Below are positions 9,588-17,701 of a stretch of 64,000 bases of DNA, piece by piece. The notes under the pieces were generated by a model, which was given only the letters and a program-made list of their open reading frames with translations, did not search any database and was not told where the DNA came from. Source of the stretch: Hyalangium minutum. Its GTDB lineage: Bacteria > Myxococcota > Myxococcia > Myxococcales > Myxococcaceae. How positions within the stretch are numbered: the first letter of the stretch is position 1; each line of letters begins with the position of its first letter. The DNA lies in assembly GCF_000737315.1 (NCBI RefSeq), contig NZ_JMCB01000029.1:1-64000 (forward strand). Direction: 5' to 3'. The translations under genes and the position numbers were made by a program.

Positions 9588-9639
9588 AAAAAAGAGGGGC
9601 CCGCAAAGGAAGGACCCTGAGTTCCTTCTGCTCTGCGGG
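9588..9639 (-). terminator. Hairpin followed by a U-tract on the minus strand (terminator-like)
   Basis: CCCGCA..GAAGGA pairs with TCCTTC..TGCGGG (9600-9639). The A6 at 9588-9593 gives CCCCUCUUUUUU on the minus strand. Confidence 0.4.
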
Positions 9640-9930
9640 GCGTGAACCATGCTGCATTGCGCCCTGACAGTCCCGGTGTCTCCCCGTCTTCCACCCCGTG
9701 CCGGGGGCCGTGGAAACGGGGGCAGACCCTTGGGGGCACTGGGGGGAAACTTCGGGCTTCGAGAGACGCGATAGGCCCCGAGAAAATCTGCGCCACAAAT
9801 TCTGGGGTTTACGTGCTTCTAGGTTTCAGGAAGCACGGTTCTCCGGTTCGTTGACGCACCCTTTCCAAGATCCTATGCCGAGTGTGGGTACTGCGTGGTG
9901 CAGCACCTATCGTGAGGAAGGGGAATCACA

Positions 9931-10926
9931 GTGCTCTCGCCCGTTCAAATGCAGGCTGTCGCAGCGCTCGCTTCGGCGCTTTACGATTTTCTCCCAGGAA
10001 CTGCTCACCCAATGGCCAGGGTAAAAACAACCTTCGGCACTGTGGCGGCAGAGGTGGGGGTGGGCGAGTTCTGGCCGGGTGGGAGTAAAGAGCCTGCTCT
10101 CCAAGAACTGCTCGACAAGACTCTGTCCAGAAAGCGTGACCGGTTCTGTCACTTGATTGTGCGGATCGTGCTTGAGGGCATCAAGCGGAGGGGGAGGGGC
10201 ATCGATCCTGTCAGCCGCGAAGAGATTGACGCGATCAACGCGCATATCCTCAAGCTGAATTTCAAGATCCCGGAGTTGCACGATCCGGCGTTCTTGATCA
10301 CGTTGCCGAGGAAGACCACAGCACCGAAGCAAGAACAGGAAGCCGCACGTCAGGTGCCAAACCCCGCACCACGCTCTGCGCCTGTACCTGCCGCAGTTTT
10401 GGATCGGGACTTGGACGAGCTAAAGACGCAGTTCCTCGCCATCCCCGGCATCAATCCAGAGCAGCAGCGGGGCTATGCCTTCGAGCGGTTCCTCTACCGA
10501 CTGTTTGAGGTATATGCCCTTTCGCCCCGCGCCTCATTCAAGATCACCGGAGAACAGATTGATGGCAGTTTCGAGTTCCAGGGAAACTTCTATCTCGTAG
10601 AGGCGAAATGGGAGAAAGTGCCTGTACGCGAGTTGGAACTGCTTGTCTTAGATAGCCGCGTCAAGGGGCATTCCACCTTCGGGCGGGGAGTGTTTTTCAC
10701 ATCCGCCAGTTTCTCACCCGATGGGGTTACTGCCTTTCAGAAGGGACGCCCCTCTGCGATGGTCGGCTTCGATGGCCAGGACATGTACCTCATGCTGGAG
10801 CACAAGATCCCGTTCGATGCCGTGCTCAACCGGAAGTTCCGGCAATTGGCCGACGAGGGCACCTTCCACTATCCGGTCCAGGAGTTCCGTGAGGAGTTGC
10901 TGCGCAAGTTGAAGCGAGGGGCCTGA
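9931..10926 (+). CDS. Standalone restriction-endonuclease-fold (Mrr_cat-like PD-(D/E)xK) protein with an uncharacterised N-terminal domain
   Basis: RGYAFERFL..LF, EQIDGSF and YLVEAKW motifs. GC is visibly lower than the flanks. GTG start. Confidence 0.8.
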   Translation: MLSPVQMQAVAALASALYDFLPGTAHPMARVKTTFGTVAAEVGVGEFWPGGSKEPALQELLDKTLSRKRDRFCHLIVRIVLEGIKRRGRGIDPVSREEIDAINAHILKLNFKIPELHDPAFLITLPRKTTAPKQEQEAARQVPNPAPRSAPVPAAVLDRDLDELKTQFLAIPGINPEQQRGYAFERFLYRLFEVYALSPRASFKITGEQIDGSFEFQGNFYLVEAKWEKVPVRELELLVLDSRVKGHSTFGRGVFFTSASFSPDGVTAFQKGRPSAMVGFDGQDMYLMLEHKIPFDAVLNRKFRQLADEGTFHYPVQEFREELLRKLKRGA

Positions 10927-10929
10927 GCA

Positions 10930-11278
10930 ACGAGTGAGCTAAAAAATCTCGCTCCACCGTCAGCTCGCCGATCTTCCTGAGCAGTTCGTCCTGCCGCCGC
11001 TCGGAGTCGTCGGTCTCCTCGCCCTTGAAGGCTGCCGTGGCCTTGTGGCCTTCTCCAGCAGCTGCTTCTTCCACTGCCCCACCAGCACCGGATGCCCCCG
11101 AAGCGACGACCCACCTGGGCCAGTGTCTCGCTCTCTTGGAGTGCTGCGACCGCCACTCGCGCCTTGAACGCTGCGCCGTACTTCTTCAGTCTTCTCTTTC
11201 CCATCGGCAGCTCCTTTCACTCGGAAGCTGCCCGAAAATGCAAATCTCGGGGTGGTCCAGAAAATGGGGTCCACCTCA
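10930..11278 (-). mobile_element. IS3-family remnant: left IR plus frameshifted orfA; orfB and right IR absent
   Basis: MGKRRLKKYGAAFKARVAVAAL, then a frameshift, then HPVLVGQWKKQLL...LLRKIGELTVERDFLA. IR-like TGAGGTGGACCCCATTTTCTGGAC starts at 11278 on the minus strand. Confidence 0.8.
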
Positions 11279-11359
11279 CACGCCCCAGTGTGCTCAAGAC
11301 CCCTTGAAGCTGCTGCGAGATTAAAAAGCACGCTCGGGCAAAGGATCCCGGAGACCGAC

Positions 11360-11788
11360 ATGAGCAACGCATATCCATGGATGGTGGTGGCGTTCGCGCT
11401 CTCTGGCTGCGCGACCCCCACCCCTGCCTGGAAGGGCAAGGTAAAGTGGCCAGACGCAGCTTCGGAGAAAAACATCGTCGCCGGGCTGGACGCTGGTGCC
11501 ACCCTGGCTGCAGCGGCCGCCGTTCGGGAGATGATTGCGCAGACGAAGGATCCCCGCTTGTTCAGAGGGTGTTACAGCCCGGAACAAGGCTTGAGCGTGT
11601 CCGTGTTTACGGGCCCGACGCCGGGTCTTTATTACGTCAAGCTCAACCAGCGCTTTGATCGATGTGGGGGGCCTCGCGGGCGCGTCCCGGACTGGTGGTA
11701 CTTGTATGCCGTGACTCCTCAAGGAGAAGTGGTCAGTGAAGCCCCACCTCTCTTGAAGGAGGCTGAAGTGAAGGACGAAGCGCTGTGA
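11360..11788 (+). CDS. Small myxobacterial lipoprotein of unknown function
   Basis: Lipobox VVAFALSG-C, two downstream Cys residues, lower GC than the flanks. Confidence 0.75.
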   Translation: MSNAYPWMVVAFALSGCATPTPAWKGKVKWPDAASEKNIVAGLDAGATLAAAAAVREMIAQTKDPRLFRGCYSPEQGLSVSVFTGPTPGLYYVKLNQRFDRCGGPRGRVPDWWYLYAVTPQGEVVSEAPPLLKEAEVKDEAL

Positions 11789-11806
11789 TTTCCTCGATCC
11801 AGGGAC

Positions 11807-12088
11807 TCAGAGGACACCCGGCTGGGCGCCGCCGAGCCCGAGCATGTGGTCGAGTTCGCCGGCCTCCTCAAGCTGGTGCAGATCGTCGCAGCCACCGATG
11901 TGGCGGCCCGCGATGAAGATCTGCGGCACGGTGGAGCGTCCGTGCGCAGCGGCGATCATCTCCTGGCGCCTGGAGGGCTCCCGGCCGATGTCGATCTCTT
12001 CGTAGCGGACACCCTTCTGGTCCAGCAACTGCTTGGCGCGGACGCAGTAAGGGCACGTGGACTTCGTGTAGAGCTTGACGGGATTCAT
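11807..12088 (-). CDS. grxC: Glutaredoxin 3
   Basis: CPYC active site, TVPQIFI and HIGGCDDL motifs. Confidence 0.92.
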   Translation of the reverse strand: MNPVKLYTKSTCPYCVRAKQLLDQKGVRYEEIDIGREPSRRQEMIAAAHGRSTVPQIFIAGRHIGGCDDLHQLEEAGELDHMLGLGGAQPGVL

Positions 12089-12186
12089 GCCCCGCAAGGT
12101 AGGCACCTCCCCCGCTTCGGCCAACGCTCCAGAAAAGCGCCTGCTCCCCCGCCCTCCCGCCGAGCTACTCGGGAGCCGCTGTTCGA

Positions 12187-12630
12187 TTAGGGGCCTCTGC
12201 CGTCAAGAACCCGTCTCAAGATTCGCCCGTCAACGCTGATTGCATAGGTCGCTCCATCATCGAGCATGCCGATGTCTCGTCCGCAATTCTCGGGCTTGAA
12301 CTCAATCCGGACGAAAATGACATCGCCCACTCGATGGGCCTGATATCTGTGCGACGTCTGCTTGTCTCGACAAGGGCCTCCACCCACGTCGGGGTCAAGA
12401 AGGTCATCCGCCGCGATCCGGATGGCTTGGAGCGTATATCCATCCAGGTCCGCCTCCACCGGCAGGGTGCTGTCAAAGACCGGCACCTGGACGCTCATAT
12501 CCTGGTACTCGGGCTGCTTCCTCTTGCTCACGCAGTGACAGCCGAACAGCGTCCCCAGTGCCTTGCACGGTCCATGAGCACAGCCCATGAACATCATGCT
12601 GCACAGCAAGAGGGACATCCCCCATCTCAT
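12187..12630 (-). CDS. Small myxobacterial lipoprotein, partner of the upstream JAB-like gene
   Basis: AGGGAGGGAGCC-ATG start, lipobox MMFMG-C, and LDGYTLQAIRIAADD...VIFVRIE...CG...DDGATYAISVDGRILRR. Confidence 0.75.
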   Translation of the reverse strand: MRWGMSLLLCSMMFMGCAHGPCKALGTLFGCHCVSKRKQPEYQDMSVQVPVFDSTLPVEADLDGYTLQAIRIAADDLLDPDVGGGPCRDKQTSHRYQAHRVGDVIFVRIEFKPENCGRDIGMLDDGATYAISVDGRILRRVLDGRGP

Positions 12631-12645
12631 GGCTCCCTCCCTTAT

Positions 12646-13090
12646 CACCCTTGGACAAAGCATTAGGAACCGGGTGGCTGTGGATCGCCAACACATATCT
12701 GATATCTTCATCTGGATATCGGGCATCGCTGACGTACGGAGGGAGATCACAGCTCCGTCTTCCTGAGTCGCTCTGCGTCTCACTGAAACCGATCCAGCTC
12801 ATCTCGTACGCCTTTGCCGGCGTGTAGTAGATCCAAGCACAGTATTCCGTGGAAATGTCCCAGTAGAGTCTGTAGTTGAACGAGCTGGGCCGGTCCGCCA
12901 CGGCGTTAGGCAGGGACAGCAACCGCGGACATGCAGCCATCAGCGCCTCAAAATGGGTCTTGAATGGCCCCACTTTAGGCATGGGGCCTGGGAGCGATTG
13001 TCTCCCTTCTGGGAGTGGCATGACCCCTTCTGGAAGGGGCGATGCACACGCCGACACCATCCCTGCCACCACGAAACGCAAGAACTGCAT
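12646..13090 (-). pseudogene. C-terminally truncated lipoprotein with a JAB/DUF4329-like HxHP motif
   Basis: ATG at 13090, one base after the cgl stop. Signal VVAGMVSA-C, then STEYCAWIYYTP..YEMS...C.LP..V.D.RYP...VLAIHSHP...LSKGD. The reading then runs into the RBS and out-of-frame sequence of the next gene. The frame stays open to 12473. Confidence 0.55.
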
Positions 13091-13091
13091 G

Positions 13092-14237
13092 CTACTTCGC
13101 TGCGTCGAGCGCCTGCGCCAGGTCGTCGATGAGGTCCTGCGCGTCCTCAATGCCCACCGAGAGGCGGATGAAGCCATCGGCGATGCCGAGCTTCTCGCGC
13201 GTCTCCTTCGGGATGGAGGCGTGCGTCATGATCGCCGGGTGCTCGATGAGGGACTCCACCCCGCCGAGCGACTCGGCGCAGGCGAACACCTTCACCGTCT
13301 TCAGGAACGTGCGCGCCGTCTCCAGCCCGCCCTTGATGTCGAACGTCAGCATCCCGCCGAAGCCCTTCATCTGCTGGCGCGCCAGCGCGTGCTGCGGGTG
13401 CGCCTCCAGGCCCGGGTAGGTCACCTTCTGCACCTTCGGATGCTTCTGGAGGTACTGGGCCACCTTCATCGCGTTCTGCGCGTGGCGCTCCATGCGCACG
13501 TGCAGCGTCTTCAGGCCGCGCAGCACCAGGAAGCTGTCCATCGGCCCCGGCACACCGCCCACCGCGTTCTGCAGGAAGTACATCTTCTCCGCGATGTCCT
13601 GGCGGCTCGTCCCCGAGAACCCGCCAATCACGTCGCTGTGGCCGTTCAGGTACTTCGTCGTGGAGTGCGTCACCACGTCGAAGCCCAGATCCAGCGGGCG
13701 CTGGAAGTACGGCGTCATGAACGTGTTGTCCGCCACCGAGATGATGTTCCGCTTCTTGGCGACCTCGGCGATGCGCGCCAGGTCGATGAGCTTGAGCATC
13801 GGGTTGGTGGGGCTCTCTACCCAGACCATCTTCGTCTTGGGGGTAATGGCCGCCTCGAAGGTCTCCGGCCGGGACAGGTCCACGAAGGAGAAGGTGAGAC
13901 CGTGGCGCTTGTAGACCTTGTCGAAGATGCGGAAGGTGCCGCCGTACACGTCATCCGAGACGACGACGTGGTCCCCCGCGTCCAGCATGTGCATCAGCAC
14001 GTCCGTGGCGGCCAGGCCCGAGGCAAAGGCGGCGCCGAACTTCGCGCCCTCGAGCGCCGCGAGGCAGTCCTGCAGCGCGTTGCGCGTGGGGTTCTGCGTG
14101 CGGCTGTACTCGTAGCCCTTGTGCTCCCCCGGTCCGTCCTGGACGTAGGTGGAAGTCATATAGACCGGCGTCATGATGGCGCCAGTGGTGGGATCCGGCT
14201 CCTGGCCGGCATGGATGGCGAGCGTGTCGAAGCGCAT
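13092..14237 (-). CDS. Cystathionine gamma-lyase/synthase (Cys/Met metabolism PLP enzyme)
   Basis: YEYSRTQNPTR, FASGLAA, DDVYGGT, ESPTNP, DNTF.TP, HSTTKYLNGHSD and SLGGVESLIEHP motifs. Confidence 0.92.
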   Translation of the reverse strand: MRFDTLAIHAGQEPDPTTGAIMTPVYMTSTYVQDGPGEHKGYEYSRTQNPTRNALQDCLAALEGAKFGAAFASGLAATDVLMHMLDAGDHVVVSDDVYGGTFRIFDKVYKRHGLTFSFVDLSRPETFEAAITPKTKMVWVESPTNPMLKLIDLARIAEVAKKRNIISVADNTFMTPYFQRPLDLGFDVVTHSTTKYLNGHSDVIGGFSGTSRQDIAEKMYFLQNAVGGVPGPMDSFLVLRGLKTLHVRMERHAQNAMKVAQYLQKHPKVQKVTYPGLEAHPQHALARQQMKGFGGMLTFDIKGGLETARTFLKTVKVFACAESLGGVESLIEHPAIMTHASIPKETREKLGIADGFIRLSVGIEDAQDLIDDLAQALDAAK

Positions 14238-14270
14238 GGCCAGAGGGCCTACCACAGTCCCCCGGAACCG

Positions 14271-14963
14271 TCATGGGTGCGCGGACACGCCCTCCCCTAC
14301 CTCCAGCCCGTTCAGCAGGTCCGCCACGACCCGCAGATCCTGAATGAAGGCCTTGAGCTGGGCGTGCCGGTCCTCCGCCTTCGGCGCCCGGAGGATGGAC
14401 GCGGGGTGAACAGTCGCCACCACCACCCGGGCGTACTCGGAGTGCAGCGGCTGCCCGCGCTGCTTCGTCACCCGGAAGTCCTTGCCCAGCAGCGCCTGCG
14501 CCGCCGTGGCCCCCAGGCACACGATGACGTCCGGCCGGAACACCCGGATCTCCGCCTCCAGCCACGGCTTGCAGGCGCGGATCTCCCCGTACGCAGGCTT
14601 GGCGTGGATGCGCTTCTTGCCCTGCATCTCCCCCCACTTGAAGTGCTTCACCGCATTGGTGACGTACACCTGCCGCCGGTCGATGCCGACCGTCTCCAGG
14701 GCCTCGTCGAGCAGCCGCCCGGCCGGGCCAACGAAGGGCCGCCCCGCCCGGTCCTCCTGGTCCCCCGGCTGCTCGCCCACGAACATCACCCGGGGCTGTC
14801 CCGCCCGGGGCCGGTCCTCCTGTTCTCCAAAGACAGTCTGGGTCCCCGTCCTCCACAGAGGACAGGCCCGGCAGCCCGCGGCGGCTTCTCTAAGCTTGTC
14901 CAACGTCGGGGACTCAGGGATGAGGGGGGCTGCGGTTTCCAGGGAAGAGGGTCGTCTGGGCAT
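14271..14963 (-). CDS. udgX: UdgX-type family-4 uracil-DNA binding protein
   Basis: CRACPLW [4Fe-4S] ligands, GEQPGDQED, YVTNAVKHFKW, the R-loop KKRIH and HPASILR. Confidence 0.85.
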   Translation of the reverse strand: MPRRPSSLETAAPLIPESPTLDKLREAAAGCRACPLWRTGTQTVFGEQEDRPRAGQPRVMFVGEQPGDQEDRAGRPFVGPAGRLLDEALETVGIDRRQVYVTNAVKHFKWGEMQGKKRIHAKPAYGEIRACKPWLEAEIRVFRPDVIVCLGATAAQALLGKDFRVTKQRGQPLHSEYARVVVATVHPASILRAPKAEDRHAQLKAFIQDLRVVADLLNGLEVGEGVSAHP

Positions 14964-15006
14964 GGCTACTCCACAGGGTAAGCACGCACCTCAGAATCCA
15001 GCAGGT

Positions 15007-15954
15007 ATGTTCGAGAACCGGCTGCGCAAGAACGCCAAGCACTTTCACAAGTGGGCGCGCTCGCACGGCCTCACCTGCTTCCGCGTCTACGACCGGGACA
15101 TCCCCGAGTACCCCTATGCCGTGGACCTGTACGGCGACCGGGTGCACCTCGTGGAATACCCTCGCCGGAAAGCCCTCCAGACAGGCACCGTGGACGCCCA
15201 GCGCGAGGAGGTGCTCGCCGCCGTCTCCGCCGTGCTCGAGGTGCCTCCCGAGCACATCCACGTCAAGACGCACACCCCCCAGCCCTGGGGCCGCCAGCAG
15301 TACTCCCGTCAGGGCCAGGGCAGTGAGCGCTTCGTCGTCGAGGAGCAGGGCCTCAAGTTCTGGGTGAACCTGGGCGACTACCTCGACACCGGCCTCTTCA
15401 TGGACCACCGGCTCACCCGCGCCCGCGTCCGCGAGGAGGCCCGGGGCAAGCGCTTCCTCAACCTCTTCGCGTACACGGGCTCCTTCACCGTCTACGCCGC
15501 CGCCGGAGGCGCCAAGAGCACGGTGACCGTGGACCTGTCCGGCAACTACCTCGATTGGGCCGAGGAGAACCTCGTGCTCAATGGGCTCGCGGATGCGCGA
15601 CACACGCTCATCCGCGCGGATGTGCTGCCCTGGCTGGAGGAACAGACTCACGAGCCGGACCGGTACGATCTCATCGTCTGCGACCCACCCTCGTTCTCCA
15701 CCTCCAAGCGGATGAGCGGCTCCTTCAACGTCCAGCGGGACCACCCTCGCCTGCTGAAGGCACTCCAGGCGGTGCTCGCGCCCGGCGGTGTTCTCTACTT
15801 CTCCAACAACTTCCTGGGCTTCGAGCTGAATGAAGCCGCCACCCGAGGGCTGGAAGTGGAGGAGCTCACCCCCGGCTCCATCCCCGAGGACTTCCAGCGC
15901 AAGGAGATCCACCGGTGCTGGCGCATGGTGGCTCCTCGCAGCGCCCGTTCCTGA
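15007..15954 (+). CDS. Class I SAM methyltransferase, RlmK-like (C-terminal half of RlmKL)
   Basis: FENRLRKN, RVYDRDIPEYP.AVD.Y, VNL.DYLDTGLF.DHR, FLNLFAYTGSF, DLS..YL.WA and DPPSFS motifs. Confidence 0.85.
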   Translation: MFENRLRKNAKHFHKWARSHGLTCFRVYDRDIPEYPYAVDLYGDRVHLVEYPRRKALQTGTVDAQREEVLAAVSAVLEVPPEHIHVKTHTPQPWGRQQYSRQGQGSERFVVEEQGLKFWVNLGDYLDTGLFMDHRLTRARVREEARGKRFLNLFAYTGSFTVYAAAGGAKSTVTVDLSGNYLDWAEENLVLNGLADARHTLIRADVLPWLEEQTHEPDRYDLIVCDPPSFSTSKRMSGSFNVQRDHPRLLKALQAVLAPGGVLYFSNNFLGFELNEAATRGLEVEELTPGSIPEDFQRKEIHRCWRMVAPRSARS

Positions 15955-16131
15955 GCGGGCCCGCAGCAACCCTCAGGCTCCAGGAGCGTGCCCGCCTGCC
16001 CGCTCTTCAGGAGGCAAGGGAGCCTGCTCCGCTGGAAATGAACCAGACGGCTCGCCAACAGGCCGCACCATCCCCACCGTGGAAGGTATGGACTTGCGCG
16101 GGCACGCCCGCCTGCGCCTCGGGAGGACGCG

Positions 16132-16644
16132 ATGGGCCGGACCTACAGCGAATACCCCTACGAAGATCAACAGCCGGTAGCTGTGCAGGGCTCGGGCCTT
16201 CGGCTCGGCAATGACGAGGACAAGCAGAAAGTGGCCCAGCAGCAGAAGGCCAATATGCCCGAGACGGGCATCCACTACCGGCAGCCTCATGCCGAGACCA
16301 TCGAGCGCTACCAGCAGAAGCGCGCGGCGCGGAAGGCCGCGGCTCAGGCGAAGACGGGCAGTGGCCGACGCGCTGCGGCCAAGAAGGCTCCGGCCACTCG
16401 GAAGACGGCCACTGCCAAGAAGGCCGCAGCCAAGAAGGCTCCGGTGGTGAAGGCGGCTCCCGCTCGCGCCACCAAGAAGAGCGCGGGCCGGAGCGAAGGT
16501 GCTGCCGCCAAGGCGATTGCCCGCGGGACCAAGACCTTGTCGCGCGTAGCCACGGCCGCCAAGTCGCGCGTAGCCGCCGCCAAGTCGACTGTTCAGCGCG
16601 TGGCCAAGAAGGTACCCCTGCCCAAGGCGCTGAAGAAGCGCTAA
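16132..16644 (+). CDS. Hypothetical protein with a Lys/Ala-rich histone-H1-like tail
   Basis: Repeated AAKK/KKA motifs and a strongly basic C-terminal half. Confidence 0.7.
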   Translation: MGRTYSEYPYEDQQPVAVQGSGLRLGNDEDKQKVAQQQKANMPETGIHYRQPHAETIERYQQKRAARKAAAQAKTGSGRRAAAKKAPATRKTATAKKAAAKKAPVVKAAPARATKKSAGRSEGAAAKAIARGTKTLSRVATAAKSRVAAAKSTVQRVAKKVPLPKALKKR

Positions 16645-16731
16645 CGCGCGACACGGCCGCGCACCCGAGACTGCATGCCAAGGGGAGCTACCGCCATTTC
16701 GCGGAGCTCCCCCTGGGCCTGGGCGCCGGGT

Positions 16732-17553
16732 TCAGAGCGCGCAGTACCCGTTCAGACAGCGCTCTCCCGCCGGGCAGTCGCAGTTGGCCGTGCAGGCCTT
16801 GTTCGAGCCCGTGTTCGGCAGGCAGTAGCCAATCTGGCACGTGGAGCCGGAAGGGCACTGCGTGCTGTAGGCACAGCGCGCGCGGCACTGGCCGTCCACG
16901 CAGTCATTCTGAGCGGGACACTGCGAGCTGTTCACGCACTGGTTGGGCGAGCCCGGCTTGCACAGGCCGGACTGGCATGTCTCGTTCGTACCGCACTGCG
17001 AGCTCGTGCTGCACCCGTGGTAGCACGTGGCGTTGATGCAGTAGTTGCCGTAGCCACAGTCGCTGTTCTGGCGGCAGCCCGTGCTCGGCGGCGGGGACGG
17101 AGGCGGCTGCTGGCAGGAGCCCCCATCGGTAGGAGGAGGCGTGCCCGCGTCCGGCCGGGGCCATGTGGAGCCCCCATCGGGCTTCGGGTACGTCGTCCCG
17201 CCATCCGGCCGAGGCTGGGGCTGCGGGTCGCAATAGTTGTCGTCGCTGCAGGAGCCGGTGCCGCCGCAGTCCGAGTCGCGGCTGCACGAGCGGCAGCACA
17301 CGCCGTCCATACAGGTCTCCTGGGAAGCGCAGTCCCAGTTGGAGCTACAGCGCTCCGCATCCGTGGGGACATCCCGGCACGTCCCGTTGCGGCAGTACTG
17401 GTTCGAGTGACAGTCAGTGGTGGCGGTGCACGAGCGGTACTCGTCGTCGTACCAGTCTCCGTGAATGTCGCCTTCCGTGATGATGCACCCGGAGGCAAGT
17501 CCGAGGGCAATGAGGGACACCAGCCAGCACAAGCGGGTGGGGGTGTGGGGCAT
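16732..17553 (-). CDS. Cysteine-rich repeat lipoprotein
   Basis: Lipobox LGLASG-C and about seven C..xxDC..xxxC..GxC modules around a Pro-rich linker. Confidence 0.8.
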   Translation of the reverse strand: MPHTPTRLCWLVSLIALGLASGCIITEGDIHGDWYDDEYRSCTATTDCHSNQYCRNGTCRDVPTDAERCSSNWDCASQETCMDGVCCRSCSRDSDCGGTGSCSDDNYCDPQPQPRPDGGTTYPKPDGGSTWPRPDAGTPPPTDGGSCQQPPPSPPPSTGCRQNSDCGYGNYCINATCYHGCSTSSQCGTNETCQSGLCKPGSPNQCVNSSQCPAQNDCVDGQCRARCAYSTQCPSGSTCQIGYCLPNTGSNKACTANCDCPAGERCLNGYCAL

Positions 17554-17701
17554 GGGGGTGCTCCGGCAGGAGGTTCCGAAGGAGGCGGTCCGGCCTACCG
17601 TCCTCGGTTCGCCAGGCTTCGTCTCCGGAGCGCCTGAAATTGATCAAATTTCTTTTTGATCGATTTGCGCCGGTGCGGAGACCCAGGGACGTGGAGGTAA
17701 T

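Noticed and set aside
9447-9860. The intergenic hairpins as tRNA, tmRNA, 6S, SRP, Pxr or retron msr-msd
   Set aside because: No T-loop or CCA end, no SRP motif, no match I can recall to 6S or Pxr, and no reverse transcriptase in the window. Left as an unassigned structured region.
11280-13100. The small lipoprotein genes as integron cassettes
   Set aside because: I found no attC-like GTTRRRY/RYYYAAC inverted cores between them, their orientations are mixed, and there is no integron integrase.
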